The notes beneath the pieces were generated by a model. That model was not told the DNA's origin and ran no database searches. It saw nothing but the letters and a program-made list of their open reading frames with translations. A stretch of DNA of 64,000 bases from positions 144,956,001 through 145,020,000 of the forward strand of contig NC_082713.1 of assembly GCF_030144855.1 (NCBI RefSeq), read 5' to 3'. Positions 12,378 to 24,724 of the stretch are shown in pieces (positions within the stretch are counted from its first letter, which is position 1; the number at the start of each line of letters is the position of its first letter). The translations under genes and the position numbers were made by a program. This DNA comes from Hypanus sabinus. Its lineage: Eukaryota.

Positions 12378-14569
12378 CTAAACGTAATACAAATTAAATC
12401 AATTACTTCAGAAGCATTCATGCTGAAGGATAGCACTTGAACAATATCTTTAACGCAGAAATAAACTCACCGACACTCCACAGATGTGCAATCAGTCAAA
12501 AGTGAATAGAGAGTTAAACAGATAACCATCAGCTTGATTTTGTGGAAAGAAGAAAGCAGAGCGATAAGAGGGAATTTTGTTGGGCAGGGCTTGGGTGTGT
12601 GTGATGGTGCTTTAGTTCAGTTTAGCAAGAAGCCAAGCTACAGGCTGGATAAAGAGTCTAGCAGCATAGAGGCAGTAAAGTGGGATTATTAAGAAGTAAA
12701 TTTGAATTTTGTCATGCATATTTCACATACATGTATTGTCAGACAACTACCCCACTGATGTGTGTGGTTAATGTTACGAGGAGGCAGCGTGCAACGATTG
12801 AAGATCTTTAATTCAAGAATGAGAGAACTGTGGCCAAAGAAGCCACTGCTGACTACATAGCCAAATCTAACTGATGCTCAAGCTAAGGAGCCAACTATTT
12901 TTTTTATTCTTTTAAATTATATTGACAACATCAGAAACAAGCCGGAGTTTATGCTTCACATGAGTGTCTCTCACTAACAACCTCAAACACATACTTTAGA
13001 AAGGTTTTGATTACTCACCTTGGTCACATCATCTTTGAAAACCACTGTCCAACTTCTAATCTCCAATCCTTCTCCAGTCACTGGGAGTATTTTACTCTCC
13101 CATCTTAGCTGGAACTTGATATTCTCCAGCTAGATTTCTTCATGTACTGTAGTACCAAAACTGCCATGATCAATATTGGCTTCCAATGTGATTGTGAGAA
13201 TGATGATCTATTTCCCTTTGTCTCTAATACATTTTGTAACCTTTAACTTGATTGGCTACTTCATCTTCCTCTCATGGATCTGACTGGGAGCATACTTGCC
13301 TGGTTCCATGCACACCTTATCCACATAAACAGCCACTGCCTCCTTTTGTGAACTTGCAAAGTTGAGTCTGCTGTCCCCCAGGACCTATCCATGGCATTTT
13401 CCATTTCTCAGCAGCAGTTTGCTCCAAAATTATCCAAAATCACAATAGTTTCCATAGACATACTGAGCACAGACTGGTCAACCTCACTAAAAACTCTCCC
13501 CGCCACTCTATAATCTTCCTACTTATGTAATAGAACAAGACGAGCCCAAATTTTCCTTCCATTAAATACAGGAGCATGGAACCATTGTCTTGAAAAGCCA
13601 CACAAACTTACTGACTCCTTGATTGTTCCCGTTACTATTTTATATTGAAACAGACTATTCACAACCTGGATATCATATTTGACCCAGAAAGGAGATGCAA
13701 ACTATAGACGATTTTGTCACCAAGATCAGCTATTTTAGCCTTCAAAAACTTCTTCCAAGTCTACTTCTGCATTAGCACATGTGTTATTAATCCTTTGCCT
13801 CTAGACTATTCCTATGCAATCGTGATTGGTTTCTCTTGCTGCCTCCATAAACAAGGTCAAAATTATCCTGACTATGACCCAATTCATACCAAGTCAAATT
13901 CATCAAATTACTTTAAACTTGCATCTCCTGGATAACCAATATATTAATTCTAAACTATTATTGTCTTTGATCCTCTCATGACAATGACTTGTCAATTTCT
14001 GTATCTCCTTCAGCACTAAAAACACTGCATTATATCTACTTGTCTCTGATTGTAGCAAGACCTAATTTCTAGTTCCTTCCCTAAACCTTTCCCCTTCCCT
14101 TCTTTAAGATGCTTCTTAATCCCCTCTCTTGGTTCAAGGTTCTAACAGTTTGCCCAACTAGCACCTGTCTGGCTCTGCTGGTCAATTTTTATTTAATGAT
14201 GGACCCCACAAAGTGCCTTGGGATGTTTAGCTACAGTATATTAAAGAACACTATATTCCTTGATCTAGCTTTGACATATAATAGTAATATAAAAAGGTAA
14301 TTAGTGGCAAGTTTTGAACCAGTTTATCTTTGTCTTTTAATAGACAAAAATATCAGTCTAGGTTTTCAACTTGAATGTTGGCTGATCCTCAAAGAAATGT
14401 TAGCCTTTTCTCTATATAACCGTGCAAAAGCTCAGAAGCCTCAGCAACAAAAGAAGTTCCAAATTTTTTCTCAATTATTTGTCATTTTCAGTGACCTACA
14501 AAAGTTTGTACTGTCTGATAGGAGCTGCTGCACTCCTACTGGGACTATAGCTGAGGAGTACAAACTTAT

Positions 14570-16630
14570 AACGTAGAACAGTACAGCAGAGGAACAGGGT
14601 CTTCAGTCCACAATGTTGTGCTGAACTAATTAAGTTAGTAACTAAACTAATCTCTTCTGCTTACAGAATATCCCTGCCTTTCCTTTTCCCTCATATTCAT
14701 GTGGCTATCCAAATGTCTTTTAAAAGTCCCTGATGTATCTGCCTGTACTGCCACACCAGGCAGCACATTCCTGGCACCCACAACTCACTGTATAAAAATC
14801 TTGCCCCTCACATCTCCTTTAAAATTACCCCTTCACTTTAAATGCATGCCCTCCAGTATTAAACATTTCAACCCTTGGAAAAAGATATTGTCTGTCTACT
14901 TTGTATATGGCTATGGCTCTCAAAAATCTTATACACCTCTATCAGATCTCCACTCAGCCTCCGCTGTTCCAGAGAAAATAACCCAAGTTTATCCAACCTC
15001 TTGATATAACACATGCCCTCTAATCTGGGAGCATCCTGGTAAACCTTTTCTGCACCCTCCTCAAAGCCTCGATATCCTTCTTACAATGGGGGGGGGGGGG
15101 GCAATCAGAACTGTATATAAAACTCCTGATGAGGCTTAACTAGAGTTTTATAAAGCTGCAACGTAATGTCCTGACTTTTGAACTCAATGCCTCAACTAAT
15201 AAAGGCAAGCATGGCATGAGCCCTCTTAACCACCCCACCAACCTGTGAGCCACTTCCCGGGAGCTGTGAACTTGCCAAATGCCTCCTTAACCACCCCACC
15301 AACCTGTGAGCCACTTCCCGGGAGCTGTGAACTTGCCATGAGCCCTCTTAACCACCCCACCAACCTGTGAGCCACTTCCCGGGAGCTGTGAACTTGCCAA
15401 ATGCCTCCTTAACCACCCTACCAACCTGTGAGCCACTTCCCGGGAGCTGTGAACTTGCCAAATGCCTCCTTAACCACCCTACCAACCTGTGAGCCACTTC
15501 CCGGGAGCTGTGAACTTGCCAAATGCCTCCTTAACCACCCCACCAACCTGTGAGCCACTTCCCGGGAGCTGTGAACTTGGACCCCAAGATCCCTCTGCTC
15601 ACCATCACTTAAGGATCTTGCCCTTAACAGTGTACTGTCTCCATACACTTGACCTACCAAGGTGCAACTCTTCACATTTGGCTGAGCTAAACTCCATTTG
15701 CCTTTTCTCTGCCTGTATCTGCAATTGATGTCCTGTTGTATTTTTTACCATTTTTCTACACTACGCTCAACACCACCGATCTTTATATTATAGAACATAG
15801 AATAGTACAGCACAGTACAGGCCCTTTGGCCCACAATGTTGTGCCGACCCTTAAACCCTGCCTCCCATATAACCCCCCACCTTAAATTCCTCTGTATACC
15901 AGTCTAGTAGTCTCTTAAATTTCACTAGTGTATCTGCCTCCACCACTGACTCAGGCAGTGCATTCCATGCACCAACCACTCTCTGAGTAAAAAACCTTCC
16001 TCTAATATCCCCCTTGAACTTCCCTCCCGTTACTTTAAAGTTGTGTCCTTTTGTATTGAGCAGTGGTGACGAAATTACCAACCCACCCATCTATATTTTC
16101 ATCCAGGTCATTTACACACATTACGAACAGCAGAGGTCCCTGTGGAACACCACTAATCACTGATCTCCAGCTAAAACAAGTCCCCCAATCGCTCCCCTCT
16201 GCCTTGCATGGGTAAGCCAGATCTAAATCCAAATGGCAATTCACCATTGCATCTTAATCTTCTGGATGAACCTGCCATGAGGAACCTTGTCTGACAGCTT
16301 ACTAAAATCCATGTAGACAACATCCACAGCTCTTCCTTCATCAAACATCTTTGTCATTTTGTCAAAAAACTCAATCGTCAGTAAAATGCATCTTAGCCTG
16401 CAACAAACCAAGCTGATTCTCTTTAATTAGGCCATGGTTTTCCAAATTCTCACAAATCCTATCTCTAACAATTCTCTCTAGTAACTTCCTTACCACTGAC
16501 ATGAGACTCACCAGTCTGTAGTTAACAGGATTATCCCTGGTTCCCTTCTTGAATAATGAAACAATATTGGCCACTTGTCAGTTCTCTGGGACCTTGCCTG
16601 TGGCTAGAGAGGACACGAAAATATTGATCA
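14570..16630 (-). mobile_element. CR1 LINE 3' fragments (older copy with a younger copy nested at ~15790-16075)
   Basis: RT remnants (NPVNYRLVSLMSVVRKLLE; SGVPQG; RDLGVQV; FFTQRVVGAWNALP) and (TCTATGT)n-type tails. Confidence 0.85.
15214..15579. repeat. 61-bp minisatellite, 6 copies, inside CR1
   Basis: ACCTGTGAGCCACTTCCCGGGAGCTGTGAACTTG recurs at 15241, 15302, 15363, 15424, 15485 and 15546. Confidence 0.95.
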
Positions 16631-18453
16631 AGGCCCCAAACTGTTACAGGGCAAGATCTGTGCCCAGGTCTGTATTATCGTACCAAGTAACTGCCTTTCG
16701 CTTTGTCTCCCCCTTATGGTAACAGTGGTTAAATGGTCAATAACCAGAGATTATAAACTAGCATACCTCAAGACCATCCAAAAACAGCTTTGGGCTAATT
16801 TGCAGAAAACAATTGATTGAAGTTACCCTGAATGTACTTCCACTCTATAGTTATAATTAACAAATAACTAGTTTGCCTGCAGGTGTATCCTCTGCTGAGT
16901 ACCAAGATCCACCTTCCTTTTCATTTTAAAAATCAGGAAGAAATACACCTCCTGCTTGTTCTGTCTCGTAGGACTTGAATAAAAGAAGGAGAATTGTTGA
17001 TTGAAAGGATTCAACTGAGGTGATATAATATAGAAGATTTACACAGTTTTAACAATGTATAAATCCAAAACACCTTTTCAAGACAAAGAAAAGAACAGGG
17101 GCAAGGTGACAAAGAACCATTTTGCACAAACATGCAGCAAACACTTTAGGGTTCTTCTTTGAAGTTTGGGGTATATGTTCTAAAAAATTATTTGAGAAGC
17201 AGATGAAATAATGGTTGGTTATGATGGCAGGGGTGGGGGTTTGGGAAAGGGATTGAACATTATCTGTATGGTCCAAATTTCCTTAGTTTCCTACTCAATT
17301 ATAACTACCTTATGGTTACAGTGAAAAGGATGGAAACACTCGCTTTCAAGGACAATTGTGAGTTGAATGGTTGTTGTCAGAAGTTGAGGATATGTTATAT
17401 TTATTATTTATATATTTTTTTCTTCTGTATTATGTATTGCATTGAACTGCTGCTGCTAAGTTAACAAATTTCACGACACATGCCAGTGATAATAAACCTG
17501 ATTCTGATTCCGTATTACTAAAATCAAAAGCTGCTTTCCGAACTCCAACGAGGGGGCAACATGAGTCTGATAGCTGTTTTTAAGAACAGAAAGCTATAAT
17601 GATTATTCACTAACTAAAATAGTCCTTCAAGCAAGACTCTCACCCAACAATTTTGATAATATGATTAGAACTCCTGCAAATGTCAAATCTAAATCTCACA
17701 AAGTAGGGACATCAGAAAATTAGTTTCATTGTCACATGAGAGTACATTTTTAAAATCTGTCCAACAAAGAACTGTGCCAATTAGAAGTAGATGAATAAGT
17801 CCATTACAACCAAAGTGAATACTATTCACTTGATAGTCTAACTGAAAACAACAGTACATTGAGGTGGATCTGTGTTCACGTTCAATGAAGTTGAAGGGTT
17901 TCCTCTGGATACTAAACTCATCAGGTTGGCACTTCAAAGGAGGGTTGGGGTCAAAAGGACTATCTCTCACTAACAAGAAAACAGTTGCTGCTGTTCTTAA
18001 CCACTATGAGCTTACTAATTACACACACTGGAAATCATGGTGGACAAGCCATTATTGTTGTTTGCACACCAGGATGAAAAAGCATAAGCCACTCTCTAAT
18101 GTTAGTGAGCAAGGCCAGAAACCTTCAGAGATCAAGCAATATATCAGTCAAGGTTAGCCATTCCCAGAAGCATAATGTTCAAATACAGTTTTAGTACGGA
18201 GAGAAATCGCTGGAATGGCTGTGAAATTACTTCTATCTTTGAGAGAGTTTAATGGGCCTATTAGCAGGATTCATAGCCGGGAATGTAGGCCTCTACAATA
18301 TAGTAAACAGCAGTGAAGAAGGAGTTTTGATTTAGTTACTGCAATTTAAAGCCACACCCATACATAGCTTGAAACACTGACAGTTTATAAATCAAAGATG
18401 CTTACAATGATCTCAAATTAGGAAGTGTATCAAAGGATGAGAGAAAAGCTTGC

Positions 18454-18650
18454 CTTTGGTGCAATCCGGACACGTTTCCGTTTCCCGGCCAACTCACTGC
18501 TCGTAGTGGAGGAAGCATGCCCCTGCGTTCCAGGCAGAGTTATCTGAGTCGATGACTGTAAGATTAAGGGAGAGGTGACCGGCAGCTGAATGGGCACCAG
18601 GTAGGAGTCCGTCCGAGGCAACAGGGGTTTCATTTTTCTCATATTCACTT
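18454..18650 (-). CDS. FOXM1: FOXM1 penultimate coding exon
   Basis: EVNMRKMKPLLPRTDSYLVPIQLPV...KRKRVRIAPK. CAG acceptor is in frame with the previous exon. Ends at AAG|GCAAGC (GC donor). Confidence 0.93.
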
Positions 18651-19516
18651 CTGTGCAAAGAAAACACTTTATGCAGCAGTTTCATCACTTTGAAGCACAA
18701 CTAAACATTTCCTCTCCCAGTCAGATAAATAACACTGACCGTAACTGAGCGACACACTGTGATGACTGAGTCGGTTTAGCTGAAAGATACTGTAAAATTT
18801 AAGTAAGAACTCTCTCTATTTTGATGCTATATATATGTTGGGCCCTGCTTTACTACATTCTGTCCTACCCAAAGCTACCTCCACATTAAATACCCTCTAC
18901 TCTGTAGTAGAATCCAATGCCTTATGGACATAAATCTCTCCAAAGTTTTGTCAATAAACCTAGCAAATGCTGCTTTTAATTCTACAATGGCTGGCCCCTT
19001 TTGACAATTGTAGAAGGCTTCAACAGTAGTTACTTGCTATTATACAAGCAAAGATGGTGTTATTGGCCTGTTGCGATGTGGTGTTTGAATAAGTAACGAA
19101 TGGCACACAGAAGTATTCCACTATGTATTTTCCTTGCTGGTGTTCGTGCTTACTTCCTTGAAAATCAAACAACGAGTGAACATGAAGAGCAGCATTCATT
19201 TATACCTTGGGGCTGTGAGTGCACACACCAGGGTGGGACTTACATGGTGAGGGGTAGGGTAATGAGAGGTGGGGTAGAACAGAAGGATCTGGGATTACAG
19301 ATCAATGCTTCTTGGAAAGTGACTTCACAAAAGACAGGGTCGTAAAGAGAGCTTTTGGCACATTGGCTTTCATAAGTGTAGGTACTGAGTCCAGGAGTTG
19401 GGATATTGAAGTTGTACAAAACTTTGGTGAGGGTGAATTTGGAGTATCGTGCACAGTTCTGGTTTCCTACCTATAGAAATCAATAAGATTGAAAGAGTGC
19501 AGAGAATATTTCTCTG

Positions 19517-19800
19517 GGGTGCCACAGTAACACAGCGGTTAGCACAATAATATTATAGCTTGGGGCATCAGAGTTCAGAGTTAAGTGCAACATCATCTGT
19601 AAGGAGTCTGTGTGTCCTTCCCATGGAATGTGTGAATTTCCTTTAAGTGCTCTGGTTTCCTCCCACGTTCCAAAGATGTACCAGCTAGTATGTTAATTGG
19701 TCATTGTAAATTGTCCTGTGATTAGGATAGGGTTAAAACAGGGGTTGCAGGGTGGCACAGCAAAAAAAAAGGAAGGGCCTATTCTGCGCTAAATCCCAAA
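19517..19800 (+). mobile_element. V-SINE (HE1/MER6-like) inserted in a CR1 fragment
   Basis: Decayed tRNA head, V-domain TGCTCTGGTTTCCTCCCAC..TCCAAAGA and TTAATTGGTCATTGTAAATTGTCC. CR1 sequence flanks both sides (about 19200-19970). Confidence 0.75.
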
Positions 19801-20007
19801 ATACCTAAGTATGTGTGTAAAAGAAATTTGATAAGTACATAGATGGGAAGGACGTGGAGGTCTATTGACCAGGTGCATGTTGATGAGACTAGGCAGTTTA
19901 ATACTTTGGCATGGACTAGTTGGGCCAAATGACCTGTTTCTGTGCTGTAATGCCCTATGACTCTATAACTTTGTTTCATATTCTGAAATACCTGCATTTT
20001 CACTCAC

Positions 20008-20065
20008 CTGAGCTGACAGCTACATTGCTCGTTGGCATCTCTGTGCTGCTGGATCGTTTTTGCTG
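20008..20065 (-). CDS. FOXM1: FOXM1 short exon (QQKR...)
   Basis: TTTTTAG|CAG CAA AAA CGA encodes QQKRSSSTEMPTSNVAVSS and ends at CAG|GTGAGT. The acceptor is a NAGNAG. 58 nt, phase 1. Confidence 0.88.
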
Positions 20066-21550
20066 CTAAAAATCAAACAAATTTAGAAAGATTAAACTGG
20101 TCATATGTTCATATTTGCATTGCACTTGTCCACACCCAAAAAGCAAGATTTAAAATTCCCAACCATACAGAATTAAATTAACAGTAGATACCACTCGTCA
20201 CTGACCATTTGCAGATTGAAAATACGTATGTACAATACAGGCATAGATCTAGATTATTTGGATCTCCTGAAGGGCATTATGATGAGAAATTGATGGCAAA
20301 GTAACTATATCAAATGTCTTACAATCCTGAAACTGCATGCTCAGGAACCTGGTTTCTGTGTTGCTTTTTTTGATCAAGATCATGTCTTTTTCTTTGTAGC
20401 TGCTGATCCAGGTAAGACAGGCAGCAAATAGGGCAGAGATTCACAGCAGGAACCTTTATGCGTAAAATGCTAATGAAATGCAGCATCAGTTGAGCAAGCT
20501 GGCATCATTCTTTCAATAAGTTAAAGCTTAGAGCAGCAGGCACTTGATAAACAGGACTTCAAAAAAGCCTCAATTATGCATTGTGAAAAGGTAGCCTTTT
20601 CCCAATCAAAAGGTCTCACTGTACAGCATCTGATTAACTGTTGTCATTTCATAGGTATTCCAAATGTTAAATGAATGTGTAATTCGTTTTTTAAAAAAAG
20701 GCTTGCAACTGCAAATGTGGTACAGCCTCTGCATACAGCATTTTCCAAAGACGAACTCTTCCGATAAACTGTTATTCATATAATTATGGAAGTGGCAGAG
20801 GATTGCCTTGGCTGGTTTAGAATGAGAGTGCCTTTTAATCTTAATGTAACTTTTGAGGATACTTAATTACTTGCAATGCATGACTGAACGGGCAGTAATG
20901 ATAGTGACAGACTACAGCGCATTTTTCCCCAGTGGAGGTTGAAGTACAACAATTTACTAATGTTGCTAAAGGAAATCCCGTAAGCATTTTCTGTTGCCTA
21001 CAATTCTTGTGGATGTAGCCCAAAAGCTACAAATGGCTTTCCTCTTTTCTCGATTTTCTTCCTTTGATCTGGCAATTATTCACAAGATTACATTTCTTGA
21101 ATATCATTTGCTTTCCTGGATTTTTTAAACCCATCATTTATATACTTCTTATTCAGTTTCTTACTTCTCCTCCATTTTTGTTCTCAATTCTTCCTCATCA
21201 CCAGTTTCTATGTACTTTTTTGCCTGTACTGATTCAATCAACAGCCATTTGTGATTTCCAGAGTCAGAAGGCACAAGCAAAATGTCATTAAAATGTTATC
21301 TGCTTGCAAAGATAGTTAGGTGTAACTCACGTAACATTAGAACATTCGAAAAGTCTTTTGTTTCTAGTGAACTAACTAATTGGCATGGATTTTGCCATGG
21401 AAAAAAATTACAACTTAAGTTTAAAAACAATTGAAATACAAGTATCATCAGCAATCACCTTCCATTTTGTGACCCAACCAAACCAGTCAGTTAAAATAAA
21501 AATCAGCACAGAGAGGTGGCAGAATGCCACCAAGAGCACTTGGGTCTTAC

Positions 21551-21619
21551 TTGTTGAAAGACCAACACAGGCGCTGCTTGGATCCATTGAATCTTGTCAG
21601 TTGGGCTGAAATCCAGGGA
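21551..21619 (-). CDS. FOXM1: FOXM1 candidate cassette exon (position of mammalian exon Va/A1)
   Basis: A 69-nt open phase 0/0 exon, SLDFSPTDKIQWIQAAPVLVFQQ, flanked by ATACAG| and |GTAAGA. It lies between the forkhead exon and the QQKR exon. Confidence 0.6.
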
Positions 21620-22490
21620 CTGTATGAGATATCAATCAAGAACGAGAAGTATTGAACATTAAAATGCATTAAAAATGCCAACATCAGACAAGCAATGCAG
21701 CTTCTGCCAGCTAGTGGATATTTCTTCTTACTTTGATTAAGTCACTCAACCAAACCTTTGATAAAGGCCACAAATTAAATTATCATGTGCAGTAGACATC
21801 TGGTTTTCTGGCTCTTCACTAACTAGCATGTTCCAGTAACTGGTATCTCAGGAGTGGCTGGAATCACCCAGGATGACATCAAGTTAACTGGCACAAATAG
21901 TAAACAAGCACCTAGCACTTGCTGTTTAACTGTACTTAAGAGTTCATATAGCAATTTCCACATCCTTGAAGCATCTTTAATGCCTCTCATCCAAGAATTA
22001 CCATCAAATGTTATCTGCATAATAGTCCTGCTTCCATTACAACTTTCACACAGAACTGCTTGTGTGATAGTAAATATTATATTTTTAAATTCAAGAGATA
22101 AAGAATAAGCACTGAAGGATGACTTTGTATAAATTTGTTCAAAGACATTGGATAATTAATATAAAACATTCATAAGTGTATATAGCTATCAGGCACTTAT
22201 AAATATATATTCATCATGGTTTGGATTTTCAAATTCATTTACTGGTAATCACAAGTGCAATTTTTAAGAAGGAAAATATTAAACATCTTCACTATCTTCA
22301 CGAAAGCTGAGGAAAATGTCAATGTTATCTGACCTTACTTACAACCCACCATCATGAACGCCCAATCTGTTAATCCCTTGACCTAAGCAGTAAATGGAGG
22401 CTGCCTGTACAAGTTCATCTTTGTAATGGTCAATCAGATATCTATTCACCTCATTACTGAAAAATATTAAAAAGCACATTGAAAACACAC

Positions 22491-22619
22491 CTTAACAACC
22501 TGATCCAATGTCAAAAAGCGGTTGGCTTCAGCACGAATGGTCCAGTGTGATACCTTGCCATTTTGAGATGTCTGACGTATGAACATATCATGCAAAGACA
22601 GGTTGTGGCGAATAGAGTT
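22491..22619 (-). CDS. FOXM1: FOXM1 coding exon 4, forkhead domain C-half
   Basis: NSIRHNLSLHDMFIRQTSQNGKVSHWTIRAEANRFLTLDQVVK. Bounded by CAG| and |GTGTGT, 129 nt. Confidence 0.96.
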
Positions 22620-23868
22620 CTGAGGAGAAAATGAGAGCTGGTCATCAAGACAATAATTTTATAAATGAAGAATGTATTGTTCTCAGGAAATGACATGTCA
22701 GGATTGTATTTGCTGCAATAGTTCTTACAATTTACATAATGCCCCAGGTAATTAAATGTCCTAAAATGTTTTTACAAGAGCATTATTAAACAAAATTTGA
22801 CAACTGAGTTACAGAGGGAGAGGTAGCATTTGATGACAAATGTTCAGTCCACAAGATATGACAGATTTTAAAATAAGAGTCAAATGAATTGGTACTTTTA
22901 AAAAATGCATATTTTAATCATGTAATAAATGAAAATTCAATATAGTTTTAACTCTATACACACAATCTACTTTAATATGATTGTAATCTTGATTATAGAA
23001 GGGAAATCTCAGTTTCCAGGGGTGGCAGCAGAATGATTGAAAGAGGCTTGAAATTGCAAGCATTAACTAGTTCACTGCTGATGATAATGTGCACTGCAAT
23101 CAAGCATTAGATACCCAGCTAGCACGCAACAGGGTAGATAGACCAAATAAGCAAGAAAAACCAGACATCCTCAGCAAGTCAGGCTGTTATCCAAGATAGA
23201 AATTGCTTCAAGTCAATGATATTGAAATATTAATACCCTATTTCCCAATTTCTAGCATTATTTTCTTTTATATTAAATTTTGAGTAGCTGCAGATTTTTT
23301 TCGCTTTGAGATAATTTAATTTGCATTAAATTGAGCAGGAGTTGTAATAACTGAGAAATACAAAAACTAATGGTGTCAGAGAAAATAAAGTATTTGGATT
23401 AGTACTGAATACATGAGCTTCTCAGTATTCAAGTGCTTGTGCAGCAAGTTGAAAGCCCTATACCTACCAAGTAACAGAGCTCCTCTAAATGCTGAGAAGC
23501 CAATAACATCTTCACCTTGTGCATATATACCTTAAAATGATTATCAATTCGACTTCAGTCATTTAACCCAAAATTTGTGCCTTGGTCCGATTTATTTTTT
23601 AGCATGTCTGTAGGCTAAACGTAATTTGCCTTAATATTTATCAATTGCAACCTTAAGTTTCTTTTTAGTTGCCTGCAAATCCATTGGGGCTAAGACTTCC
23701 ACCAAATTTGTGGGAAGTGAAGGATAACTATGCTCAGATGCTGCAGCATTTGGTTGTCCTACTTCAAACAAGGAGTCTAAAGATTTACATCATAATTATT
23801 GAACTTGCTTCCTCACTCCACAGAGATGTGTTACTGATACAACCTTGGTGGCTTTATTATCTACTTAC

Positions 23869-24027
23869 TTTCCATCCTGGTTTGGCCACATGTTTGAAGT
23901 AGGGGAAATGATCCTCAATCCAGGTATAGATTTCTTTCAGCATCATCCTCTTGCTCTGAGTACTATTTATAGCAAATTGAATCATTGCCATGTATGAATA
24001 TGGCGGCCGCTCATGAATAGACTCTGT
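23869..24027 (-). CDS. FOXM1: FOXM1 coding exon 3, forkhead domain N-half
   Basis: TESIHERPPYSYMAMIQFAINSTQSKRMMLKEIYTWIEDHFPYFKHVAKPGWK. Bounded by TAG| and |GTAAGT, 159 nt. Confidence 0.97.
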
Positions 24028-24578
24028 CTACATTAAAGGAAGAAACCGTCAGGGAAAATACAGCCCTGCATCCAGGTTTATGTTCTGTTAACATATCAGG
24101 CACAAATGGCCAGCGCAGCAAATGTAGATTGGAAGAAACCCTTTCGTTACATTGCTCCAAATATAAAAAGCAAGATACATTTCAAGTTGATTATAGACAG
24201 TGTAAATTTTGATTCAGTCACTATTCTGAGAAAAAGCTTTTTGAACAACATGAAAATGGTTGTAATCGCTATAAAAATCCATTTAGCTGATCTCACCTCT
24301 TCAATCAATATCTCCATTTCCACAAAAGCTTTTTCATCTTCCACTTCATTCAACTTACTCCAGAACATCCCTTCTACTCTGACCTCAGCGATTCATGCCT
24401 TCTATACTCACAAAGCCCAATTACTTTTCATACCTCACATCCTTGACCTGAATATTAATTGTTCCTTGGAAAATTGAGAAATATTTAAACACAAAAACTT
24501 CACTAATGTTTTGAAGACAATGCTCCAGCATCCTCCACTAACTCAAGATTTAACAACGTTGGGAAGGGTAGTACTTAC

Positions 24579-24724
24579 AATGGGCTCTTCTGGTACAGGC
24601 TCTTTATTTTCCTTCTCTGCTTCATCTTTTACATGGCAAGCCCCAAGACCATCTGTGCTCATCTTACCCAGCCACTGAATGTTGGTCAGACTGTCGTCCA
24701 GGTGGCGCTCAGGAGCTGTGGGAG
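24579..24724 (-). CDS. FOXM1: FOXM1 coding exon 2
   Basis: Encodes LDDSLTNIQWLGKMSTDGLG and a KEN box (EKENKE). Bounded by TTAG| and |GTAAGT. 146 nt restores phase 0. An in-frame alternative acceptor lies 9 nt inside. Confidence 0.93.

Noticed and set aside
15214-15579. Regularly spaced repeats resembling a CRISPR array
   Set aside because: The linkers are near-identical rather than unique spacers, there are no cas genes, and the array sits in a vertebrate CR1 remnant. It is a tandem repeat.
17830-17976. Good acceptor in the FOXM1 last intron as a VIIa-like or poison exon
   Set aside because: It begins with TGA in frame, and there is no convincing donor or similarity. Unsupported without transcript data.
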